DNA from: Lytechinus pictus | Lineage: Eukaryota | NCBI RefSeq assembly: GCF_037042905.1 | Contig: NC_087252.1 | Location: forward strand, 26,972,001 to 27,036,000 | Reading direction: 5' to 3' | Length of the DNA stretch: 64,000 bases | Shown: positions 12,201-24,200 of the stretch, piece by piece | Numbering within the stretch: position 1 is the first letter of the stretch | Layout of the letters: each line of letters begins with the position of its first letter | Program-made: the position numbers and the translations under genes | The notes under the pieces: generated by a model | The model's database searches: none | Told to the model about the DNA's origin: nothing | Seen by the model: the letters and a program-made list of their open reading frames with translations, nothing else

Positions 12201-15200
12201 GATCATGATGCTGCTTGTTCAATTGCTCACGAATTTGCAATCAACTACCCTATGAGACCAAACTGGCATTGAACAAGTGGCATTATCAGTGCTTTAGTGA
12301 AAGTAGTTAAAAACTCTTATTTTCCATTCCATTTACATAGTGTTTCATGAAAATAAATCAACTGTTTTCTTCCCCTCCTTGTTATCCACCTTGATGTGTA
12401 TGTGAAGGAGTTGCTATATAGTGTTCGGAATTTCTGTATTTCAGTGCATCATTGAATAGTTAAAAAGCTTCATTTTCTTTTCCAATTACACTATCTTTCA
12501 TGAAAAAAAATAAACCCTTGACTTTCTCCAGTTATTTTTTTACCTAGATGTTTATGTGACGGAGTTGCTTTATGTGGCATATAAACTCATCTTTCAGTGT
12601 TTCAGTAAAAGAAGTTTTAAGCTTGACTTTCTCTTTCAATTTCACCGTCAACCATAAAGAATAATTAAAAAGTATTATTTATCTAGATGCTTATGTTTTT
12701 GTGAAGGAGTTTACATAAGGCAATTGAAGTTATCTTTCAGTGCTTCAGTAAAAGTAGTTGTTATCTTTATTTTCTCCTTTAATTTCACAAGCTTTCATTA
12801 TAAAAAAAATAAAGTTTTATCTATCTAGATGTTTATGTGAAGAAGTTGCTATGTATATAACACTTAAATTTATCTTTAAGTGCTTCAGCAAAACTAGTTA
12901 TTCCCTTTAATCCTCATTTTCTCTTTTAATTACCCAAGCCTTTTTGAAGAAAATTCAAGTTGTATTCTTCTAGATTTAAATGTCTATTGGGGTGTTGCAA
13001 GAAACTTGCGATCAACCGCAAGTCTATTTTTGGTCCCTAAATCAATCGTATGTCTTGCAGTTAATTGCAAATTAGTGATTGGTTGCTGATCTTCTCCTTG
13101 AAACAAGAAGTTTAATCTGATTTGCTACAGCTAACGCTGATCTGTCAGTTGTAAAATTGCAACAGAATATTTGAATTGATCGCAAATATTTTCTTGCAAC
13201 ACCCCCTTAGTGAAGGAGTTGCTATATATAACTTATTTTTATCTATTAGTGCTTCAGTAAAAGTAGTTATGAGCTTCCTTTTTTCAAAAACCTTTATGAA
13301 GTTAAAAACTCAACCCTCACCCCTTAGTTTTATTCATTTACCTGTCTATTTTTATGTGAAGGGTTCGCTATGAAGCAGTGTTTAGAATTGCATTCTTTAG
13401 TCATATTCATGAGCGACCTTTCTTAATATCCATGCTTTATTAATTAGAGGGAACATTATAATTTGGTTATTTCTGACACAGTCTGCATTTCTTTGAGTGG
13501 AAAGGTGATACTTGGTAGGGTTTAGAGTACATGTAGTTCTGATATAGCATCACTCTTATTCTCATTGTCATTGTCTAGCAATGTACCTGTCCATCCTTGC
13601 TTCTTAATGCCACCAAATTCTTAAGCAACTCTCCAAAAAATATAATTATATGGATTTTTAAAGATTAACTTAAAAAATTGTTTTTCTGGCATAAAATTGG
13701 AACAGATACTTCTAAAGGATACATACGATATTGTGTATATCCTCCCATTTTCGTCCCAGAATAAAATGTTACAACTTCTCAGTGTCCTTCGAAAATTTTC
13801 TTTTGGACATTCGTGGGAAACAGTGGACAAAGGCAGTCTGGAAAAATGGCACAAATTCACGGAAAAAAAAGCCTTCATAAATTATCTGTTGCTTATTTGT
13901 GAATTTGAATATTTCTGTACCATTTGAGATGAGATCGTAACAATCGATTTGTATTTTCTCTGATTTTCTTCCCCCATCTTTACTATCAACATTTCTCTCT
14001 CTCTCTTATTGCGGCCGCTGTATGTATCACACATTTATTATAATTTCCATGTTAATCGTTCATTCATATCTAATTATACCATGTATTGCTTTTTCGTTTG
14101 GATGCATGTAAACGATTCTGCTGTTTTATCATGCAATGTATGAACTTGTTATTCTGCTTATCGAAAATATGAAATGGGTTATTCTAACAACAGTTGTAAC
14201 CACAGTTACAGTTGGACCAAGTATTGTACCAAGTATATGTAAGCAGGTTTTATGTTCACTAATTTCTATGTTATATTGTTTTAATTCATTGTGTTGCTTG
14301 GATGACAAAGTTTGCAATTCTATTTTGGATACAAATGGTGCTTAAAATTGTAAAGAAAATTATTGATCATGTGGGGTTTTACTTTTGGGGCATAAACAAT
14401 GAATACACTTATTCTCCTTAATTTCTTGTAGTCCTTTGTTCTTTTCATATTGAACTGTTTGTTTGTTTTACTTTGAGATTATGATGGTTGATGAATAGTA
14501 TGTAAAAATGCTTATAATTTCAGTGGGTAACCATCATATAACACAATGGCCCGTATTCTGAAGTGGGGTTTAACCTAAACTCGGGTTTAAAGTTGTGGTT
14601 TAAGTATGGATAGCCAATTGTTACATAAATCACTAATGGTGGAGATATCATATTTCAGCTCATTTGGCTCTTAAATCATTCATAATTGTCTAGGAAGTAT
14701 AAATAGATGATTGTCTTCACCATTGATGAATCAGGAAGGAGTACAGTAAACATAAGAAACATACAACGTAATAAAAATTTCGACACTTATGGCTTCCCAT
14801 AATTTTAGCACAGAGTTAGACCATGGTCTAAGTTGAACCTGACTTCAGAATGTGGGCCAAAATATCCCAGTATCAACACATAATATGTTGCACTTGGTTT
14901 ACTGTAGTATACTCCACTATCATAATTCTTCCAAATTTATTTTCCTTTACGGTCCGTTTTGATTAACACACTGCAAAGTAACAGGAAATACGTCCATAAT
15001 TCTATAACTTATTCTATCTCTGTGGTAATGATTTGGTGTCCAGTTCAAATAATCGGGAACTTAGTCCTCTTCAATTTAATTCTTTGAGTTCTCTTAACCT
15101 GGATTTTATTTGCAACTAACCACTCACTTCACTTCATTGCAGTGCTGTTTTTGTTCTTGCTGCTAATATAATAAATAAGCATATATGCCTTAAATAATTT

Positions 15201-18200
15201 CTTCAACTGGTAATTCGTCCAAATGCCAAATGAAGCTTGATCACCATTTTAAGAAAAAGAATTAAGTTGAATTTGTGGCAAAATTTATGATTTTTATGAT
15301 TATTAAAAGATAGTATCACATGGTGATGAAAAAAAAATTGCCCACTTTGATGAGAACCAAAGTTTTGTGTAAGCTTTTGATTTTGAGTTTTAAGAAAACG
15401 TTTGCTCTCTGAATCAACTTAGATCATGTTATCTAACACCTCTGAGTTCCATGGTGTATAATAGACTTATTTGATACGAAAGATTTTCTTTTTGATCTCA
15501 CAAACTCTTCTGTTTACTTTGATGATGTTATAGCAAGGGATACAATTCATTTTTCACATGTGAATGGTTTTCGTCTGGTCGTTGAATAATATTATAAAAC
15601 CAAAAAAGTTAAAATCACTAATTATGATGTCACATGATACAGGTTTAGTGAAGAAGGCAAACCTTTTCTTTTCTTTTATTTTGTTAAGTCATATTTTAAT
15701 ATTTTTCCAAATTGTTTTAACATCCTCTTTCTTTTCTGTTTTGCTGAATTTATGTTAATGATTGACCAGTTATATTTATTTGAAGTGGTTTACACATTTT
15801 CAAATATTAATAATTTTTTCGATTAATCTTGATTGAATATATTAATCATTAACAGTCTTTTGCATGGGATGATTATTGTATTGCTTCATAACTTTTTTAT
15901 TCACGCCAAGCAATTCTAACCTGCTATTAATTGTCATTTTATTGTATTTCTCCCTCTTTCATTTTTCCATTGCACGTTCCCCACCTATTCCACATATTCA
16001 TATCTTTTCTCCATTTCAATTTCTTTTTCAATTGTTCCATCCATCTCTAATTTCTTCCAATCGGCCATTTCTTTTTCAAAATCTTACCCCTTGATGTTTA
16101 TTTCTTGTCTTTCACCATCTTTCTCCATCACTTTTCTCTCAATTTATAACTTCTTTTACAATCTGTACACGTATCTTATCTATTCACCATATTTGTGGCT
16201 TTGGTGCTACATGTACATCTCTCTATCCTTTTCTTCTTTCTTCCTCCCATCTTATCTTATATTTCCACCCAAACCTTCCTCTGCCAATCAATTCATTCTT
16301 CTTTCCCTCTCTTTATCCACTATTTCCTGATTTCTCCTATCCAATCTCAACTTTTCTTTCATTCTTTTTCCCCTCTATTCATTCCTTCTCTTTGTCTTCC
16401 GTCTTCAATTCATGTTTCAAAAAAATTATTTCCCCCTTTTTATCTTCCATACCATCTGCTCTGCCTATCTCAATTTCTACAACACTTCTTCTTAATTATC
16501 TTCACTTCATTTTCCCCCTTTTTTGTCATTCTTTTCTCCTTCCCTTCACTCATCGTTATCCCTTTTCTTCTCACTCAATTTTCCAATTAATCCTCACTTC
16601 CCACACTCCTTATGCCAATTCCATTCTCAAATAATGAAATAACTTATCATATTTATCTCCCATCTACTCTTCTTTCTTTCCTTGCCCCTTCTCTTCTCAT
16701 ACAATTTTCTAATCTACCCCCACTTCCCGCTCCCTTTATCGAATAATTCTCTATTGTTAAACTTGTTCCTTCCCATCTGCTCTTTCTTTCCTTCTCCCTT
16801 CTCTTGTGAATTTTCTTATTTACCCCCACTTACCTCTCCTTTTTCGAATAATTCTCTATTAAACTTGTTCCTTGCCATCTACTTTTCTTTCCTTTCTTTC
16901 CTTGTCCATTCCCTTCTCATCCAATTTTGTAATTAATTAATCCTCCCTTCCCTTGTCTCCCTTTCCATCTTCTACTAACAATCCTTAATCACACCGATCC
17001 TGCATTTGAATATATGTCTCCAATCCCACCTCCCTTCTAACCACTGCACTCCATCCTTCTCCCGCTCCATCCTTCTGCTTCTTTATTCTCCTGCTTCTTC
17101 GTTCTCACCATCACTCCATCTGCCTCTCTTCCCATCCCTCGCTCCGTACCACGTGTTTGTCGCCCCCAGCTGCCCCAGGCAAGCCCAGGATCACGTCGGA
17201 TGACGGTTCAGAATACGCGGAGAAGTACATCCTGACCTGGGAGCCTCCACAGGATAACGGTGGTTCTGCCATCACCTACTACCACATCGAGTACGCCCAG
17301 GTAGGATTTCCGTTCAATTTTTGCTATTCCATATAGGCGATACTCGACAATATCAAGAGCAAACATCTCCTTCCAGCGTAAGTCCGTGCTTCCAAGTACC
17401 TTGATGGGTTTATTTTCAATTGGTCTAATGCCAATTCGTCCAATGACCAACTCGTCTACTATTATTTGGACTACTTTCAGTTCGTCCACTGTCCACATGG
17501 TCCAATTGCCGTTTCGTCTAATAACTAGTTGGTCCAATAGCCATTTAGTCCACATACCATGTGGTCTAATTGGACAAAGTGCTCATTGGGCGAAATGATT
17601 GAAAAGAAAATGGGTATTAGACCAACTGGTTAGGATATGAAATGGTCATAGAGGAAACAGGTGATTAGACAAAGTGATTATTGGACCAATGGTTATTGGA
17701 CCAAATGGCTGTTAGAAGAAATGTTGGACGGAATGGCATTAGACTAAATGAAGATAGACAATGTGATGAGTGGACGAGTTGGCAGAAGACGAATCGGCAA
17801 TTTGCCCCTGGATGCTCTGAGGGCTCCACGACATTTGCTCCGGCGACAATTTCTTGGATGGAAAATCTGCCAAACATAATACCTAACCTCCAAAACTAAA
17901 TCGGCCCTTATCCTTAATATCTGTACATTATTCTGAACCAAAAACTCTATTATGATCCTAACTCTAATAGCCCTATATGCCCTCTGGGATATGAAGACCG
18001 GAGCAAATGTTGTTTCATCGCTGTGAAGGGTACTTCCAATGAGAACACCTGGGGCCCTTTTATAAAGAGTTGCTACTGTTGTAACTATGCCATTATGGCA
18101 ACTACCATGGTAACCTTGATTGTGATTGGCTGCTGAGCCCTGTTGCCATGGTAGTTGCCATAATGGCAATGTTACAACAGTTCTAACTCTTTATGAAACG

Positions 18201-21200
18201 GGCCCCTGATCGTCTTTTCCTAGAGTTTGTAACACATCGACTGTAAAAAAGTTGTTGAACTGTCAAATGTTGAAGTGATCCATGATAAAACAATTTTAAG
18301 AATTCGGTAGAGCTAGAGAAACAATGAAATCAGCTGAGCTGGTAAGCTGCAAATGGTAGCGTTGATCAGCTGATGCGCTTTGTCCCAACAAAATAAGCCT
18401 GTATATTGACATAGACGGCGGAAGCGGGGGGGACGTGCCCCCCCCCCCTAAATTTTAGGTGTGGGGGACGATCCCCCCCTAAATTTTTTGTTGATAACCT
18501 TTTTGTCTCACCTGCATAGCAGAGTGAGACTATAGGCGCCGCTTTTCCGACGGCGACGGCGGCGGCGGCGGCGGCGGCGGCGACGGCGGCGTCAACACCA
18601 AATCTTAACCTGAGGTTAAGTTTTTGAAATGACAGCATAACTTAGAAAGTATATGGACCTAGTTCATGAAACTTGGCCATAAGGTTAATCAAGTATTACT
18701 GAACATCCTGCCTGAGTTTCATGTCACATGACCAAGGTCAAAGGTCATTTAGGGTCAATGAACTTAGACCATGTTGGGGGAATCAACATCAAAATCTTAA
18801 CCTAAGGTTAAGTTTTTGAAATGTCATCATAACTTAGAAAATATATGGACCTAGTTCATGAAACTTATACATAAGGTTAATCAAGTATCACTGAACATCC
18901 TGCATGAGTTTCACATCACATGACCAAGGTCAAAGGTCATTTAGGGTCAATGAACTTTGGCCGAATTGGGGGTATCTGTTGAATTACCATCATAACTTTG
19001 AAAGTTTATGGATCTGATTCATGAAACTTGGACATAATAGTAATCAAGTATTACTGAACATCCTGTGCAAGTTTCAGGTCACATGATCAAGGTCAAAGGT
19101 CATTTAGGGTCAATGAACTTTGGCCAAATTGGGGTATTTGTTGAATTACAGCCATAAATTTGAAAGTGTGTTGGTCTAGTTCATAAAACTTGGACATAAT
19201 AGTAATCAAGTATCACTGAACATCCTGTGCGAGTTTCAGGTCACATGATCAAGGTCAAAGGTCATGTAAGGTCAAAGAACTTTGGCCACGTTGGGGGTAT
19301 TTGTTGAATTGCCATCATATCTCTATAAGTGTATTGGTCTAGTTCATAAAACGTGGAAATAAGAGTAACCAAGTATCACTGAACATCTTGTGCGAGTTAT
19401 AGTAGTTTTCAAAATCAGCACTGCTGCTATATTGAATCGCGTGATGCAGGTGAGACGGCCAGAGGCATTCCACTTGTTTTTTTTTTTGCTTGTCAATTTT
19501 TTTTTTCCTGCGTCCCCTCAAAAATTTTTGGTTGATAACCTTTTTTTTGGCTTGTCAAAATGTTTTTGTGGTCCCCCCCCCCCTAAAATTTTTGGCTTCC
19601 GCCGCCAATGCATATTGATATTGATAGTTTGTATTGCTGCAGTATCGGCTATACGCGATAAGGAGAATTAGCCAACAAGCAGAAGGTCTAGTTGTCCGAT
19701 CGGCTAACACCATATGGCTAATCCCACTTGGTCTACTATCAATTTAGCCCAATTACTGAGAATTTGTCTTGGGACCACATATATATTTGAATTTTACACA
19801 TGTTTTGTATATTTTGGTCTGTGAATTCATTTCCCTCTGTGATTTCTGTGACTAATGGAAGGTCTACCTCTGCACGCTCCACTGTAAAACTTTTCTTTTA
19901 CAATCCTGCTAAAAAAGTTGAAATATTAGTTCCTTGAATGCACCGAGCTCTGGAGCCCGTAACACAAAGCTTAGCAATGATCGTAGAACAAATGTTCACG
20001 ATTGATTGCATTGACTACAATGTACGATCAATCGTAAAAATCAAGCGTACGATCAATTGTTATGCTTTGTGTTATGGAGCTCTGGAAGTGGCATCTCAAG
20101 CTAAAGGTTATTAAAGAAGATTTGCCTCACAGTTGATTATTTCGAGATATACGACGCTGTATAACTGCCGATAATTATCTTTATATTTCATCTCGAAAAT
20201 ACATTGTTTTTTTTTGCAATCCTGCTAACACATGAAATATTTTCTTATTAGGTTGATGGTCCTGATGATGATCAGCTAGGATCGAGACCGGCTAATGAGT
20301 TTGAAGTCGTGTACACAGAGACCCAGGCCACGCTTCAACCGCTGAACCCAAACAAGTACTACCTAGTGGAACTGAGAGCTCGCAACAGCCAGGGAGATAG
20401 TGAACCTGCCCAACTAAACTTCAAGACACGCGGTGGATTTGATTTCCAAACGGAAAAGCCATGTAAGTCTAGGGGGCTTTCACAGCCATTTACTCTGAAC
20501 CTTGTAACGTATGAAGTATTTTCTGACTGGAAGTAGTGTAGGGTCTTTCACAGCCAATTATTTTTGCCCTCATGCAGTGTATAACCTATAGATTTCTGAC
20601 TGAGAGTCAAGTATAGGTTTTTTAATGAAAGTTGCTTTTTATATACTGTATATGCAATTTATAATATAGGAAGTTTCTACTTGGGACTATCAGTGCTTGC
20701 TTTATTTTTGCTTGAGATACAGGTATAGACTACACAGATAATATATTTCATGAATCAGTCCACTTTCTTTTTCTAAGGACACTCTGGCAAGATATTTTAT
20801 TAACCAGAATCAGTTAATTCATGTCTTTAGCGATTCTTCGAGTCCATTATGCAAAAAGTGTTTGTCGCTATGTCAGGTATAGCTTTTGAATTGTATCAAG
20901 TGTAAAGAAGTCTATTGAATACTTGCATTTGATTCATCACAGTGATCGTTCTTTTCCGCAGACCAACCTGATAAATATCTTTAGCAATACTTCAAATCCA
21001 GGATCCTTACAGTGCTTATTGCTATGTCAGGCAGACCCTTGCACTGAAAGTGGATCAGTTACTAGTTCTGTTTTATTTAAACTTTTTATTTCATTACAAT
21101 GCTCTACTCTTTCCAGACCGACCCGAGCAGCAAATCGGTGCGCTCGGGACGACGGAGATCGTGGCCATCGTGGTGGCATGCTTCATCATCCTCCTAATTC

Positions 21201-24200
21201 TCATTGACGTTTGTTGTTTCTGTATGAACGACTGCGGTGTGCTTATGTTCATCTGCGTGAACTGCTGCGGCAAGGCGGCCCCGTCGTCCAAAGACGAGAT
21301 CGAGATGGGGGAGGAAGAGTATGGGTAAGTCTTGAAAAAAAAAACAATTAGCGTTGGTTGGTTGTATTTCTAAGTCTATGCAAATTACTCTGTTCTACTG
21401 CCCAACTTAGGCAAAAGGAAGCAAGTAAGTTGACACATCAGTCAAATTTGAGTTATTTGTATGCTGCACGTTCAGGCAAAATTTTTGGAAGAAATGATCG
21501 TTCTATGGAAACATATTGAAGAAAAGATGCTGTTAAATTGCATTGACGCCATGTAAATGATGAACACACATTGCTCATTTACAACAAATGGTACTTTCGT
21601 AACTTGCTTTCTTTTGCCAAAGTACGGCAGTCTAGTATTGAGACAAATCCAATGGTTAAATCTCACCTGGGATTGAAAGGAGGAGTTTATTGGCAGGGAG
21701 AATATGCCGATAGACTAGGATGGTATAATAGTTGGTATATATAGGAGAAACAGGAATAGAGAATACAGAAGAAAGGTGGTGAAAAGGCAATATAACGGAA
21801 AAAGAGAAGTTAGGAAATGGAGAGGGTGGCAGAAAACTATCAAAAAATTATGTGAGATTAAAAGGAATGTAGCAGGGGCGGGGGGGGGGGGGGGGGGCTA
21901 TGGGCTTTATAGGGGTGGGGTGTGACTGGGAGTGGGAGCAAAAAAACTGAGGGGGGTGAAAGGTGGGAAATCCATATCAATATCAGAATAGAATGGGATG
22001 AATAATGAGAGGGAAGTAGAAGGAGATAGGGATAGGGTAGGTAGCCTAATATACGACAAACAGGAGGTTAGAGAGGCTGAACTTCAATGTTATTACCTTT
22101 GAATTATTTCAGGATATTGCCAATTTACATTGTACATGTAGTTATATCCTGTTTACAATCATATCATATGTGTAATTTCAATTTCATTTGTTTAAGTCAT
22201 GTGCCGTACCATGTGACATCTCATGTGACATATTGCTCAACTCAGTTTAGTACAGAAAGAGAAAGGGGGAAAAAAAAGATGAGTAAAGTGAGAGATAAAG
22301 AAAATGAGAACGAGGTATAAAGAGAAGGAGTAAAGAAAGAGGGAGAGAGTGAGCACAGAGTTGAGGTGGAAGAAACAAGAAGGGTTTAGGGGAGTAGGAG
22401 GAAGAAAAAGTAACTTTAATTGATAACTTTATATTTCTGTCAATTCTTGTAAATGCACGCACTTCTATTGGTTAACATGCTTTACGCTAGCAATGCTAAA
22501 GCAGGTTCTCAACCAAAGAGCGCCCTCAACATTGACGATGGTGAGAACTGTATCACGACAGACGAGATAACGGCGAGTACCTCCGAGCCTGGGTGTGTTT
22601 GAATAGAAACGATGTGTCAACTTTGTTTTTATTTATTGTTACGTGTGATATTTTATGTGTTTGACAATTTGATATGTACATGTAGTTAACAACAAACTAT
22701 CAGCAGAAGTACTCACTCAATTTAGATAAACTTACTGCATTTTAGTGTGTCCCTGAATTACCCAGATTCAAATATTAGTTACCCCCGTTGTTTGAATTTA
22801 TGTGTATTACCAAAAGAACAACACAATATTAATTTGAAGACAAAATATCAAAGACAACACAGTCATTGGTATTCATACATTCTGGATGTCAAGTAATATT
22901 TGAAGAATGTAGTTACATAAGATTACATAGGTAGGTGATATACAGAAGTGCTAAAAAGTTGTGAACCCCACCAGAAAATGCACTCCTCCGTGCTGAAACA
23001 GTGTTCGGAGAGCCCAGAGAAACAAACTTTATTGGATGTAATTCCATCTGCAGACTTCACAATCAAATATCTCAACCATGATAGAATATGAACACTTTTC
23101 TGGGGGGGGGGGGGTTCACTTAGTTATAAATGTTCATTTTCTGGTGGGGTTCACTAACATTTTAGCACCACTGTACATGTAGTGTGATTTGCGTTGTTAA
23201 GTAGTGAAACTAAGGAAAACTATGTACAATGTCCACAGTTGATTGATCAGGGGCCCGTTGCAGAAAGAGTTGCAATCAATAGCAACTCTAAAATTCATGC
23301 ACAACTTGATTTTCAACCAATCAACAGCGCGCATTTGGGACTTGAGATTGATTTTTTGACTTGGGTTTAAACGCAACTCTTTCTGCAACGGACCCCAGAT
23401 CAGTTAGGGAGTAGGTGGATTTGATGCAATGAAGAAAGATATATATCCCTGGGCCCCGTCTTACAAAGAGCTACGATTGATCCAATCAATCGTAACTCTA
23501 TGGAAATCCATCAGTGTCATAATATTTTCTACAGGAAATGTGCAAAATGACCTTTGTAAACAAAGCTGAACACACCGAACTGTCAAGAAATCAGTGAATT
23601 TATGGATATACATACATTCATATCTAGAAAAAATTTTGAGCAAACATGCATTTTATATGTTGACTTTGCTGGCTTTCCATAGTTGCGGATGATTGGATCA
23701 GTGATCGTAAATCTTTGTAAGACAGGTTCCAGATATCCATTGAATTTTGCCAGAAAAGAAGACTTGAAGTTTGCAGAGCTTTCGATACTTGTTTCCATTT
23801 CTTTGTCATTCATGAAACCCACAATTTATTTTTCCCTTTCATATTTTCATCAAAAAGTTGGATGTAAATATTGGAGTTAATACAGTAATGCACCAGACAG
23901 TAGCCTGTCTTTTGGATAAAGTGAAATAATTTTTTTTGTTGGGTCAATATAAGGACATACAGACCAAAAAACATTTCTGTGGATAGCAGGCCTGACGTAA
24001 TATGAAAAAATAAGAGGATCGGGTAATTGATGAATAAAAACATGTTAATTTAAATGAGTGATTTATTTTTGTGTGTAGAGGTAAGTATATACATGTAAGC
24101 CTAGCCCCTACATGTATGTTTCATTCCCCTTCCTGTCATACATTTCTACCTGTTATCACCTTGCCAAAAAAAAATCCCATTACAAATATACATTTTTGTA

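Noticed and set aside
15876..17203. Hydrophobic Phe/Leu/Ser ORFs resembling membrane proteins
   Set aside because: By-product of the pyrimidine-rich tract, which lacks TAG and has few other stops.
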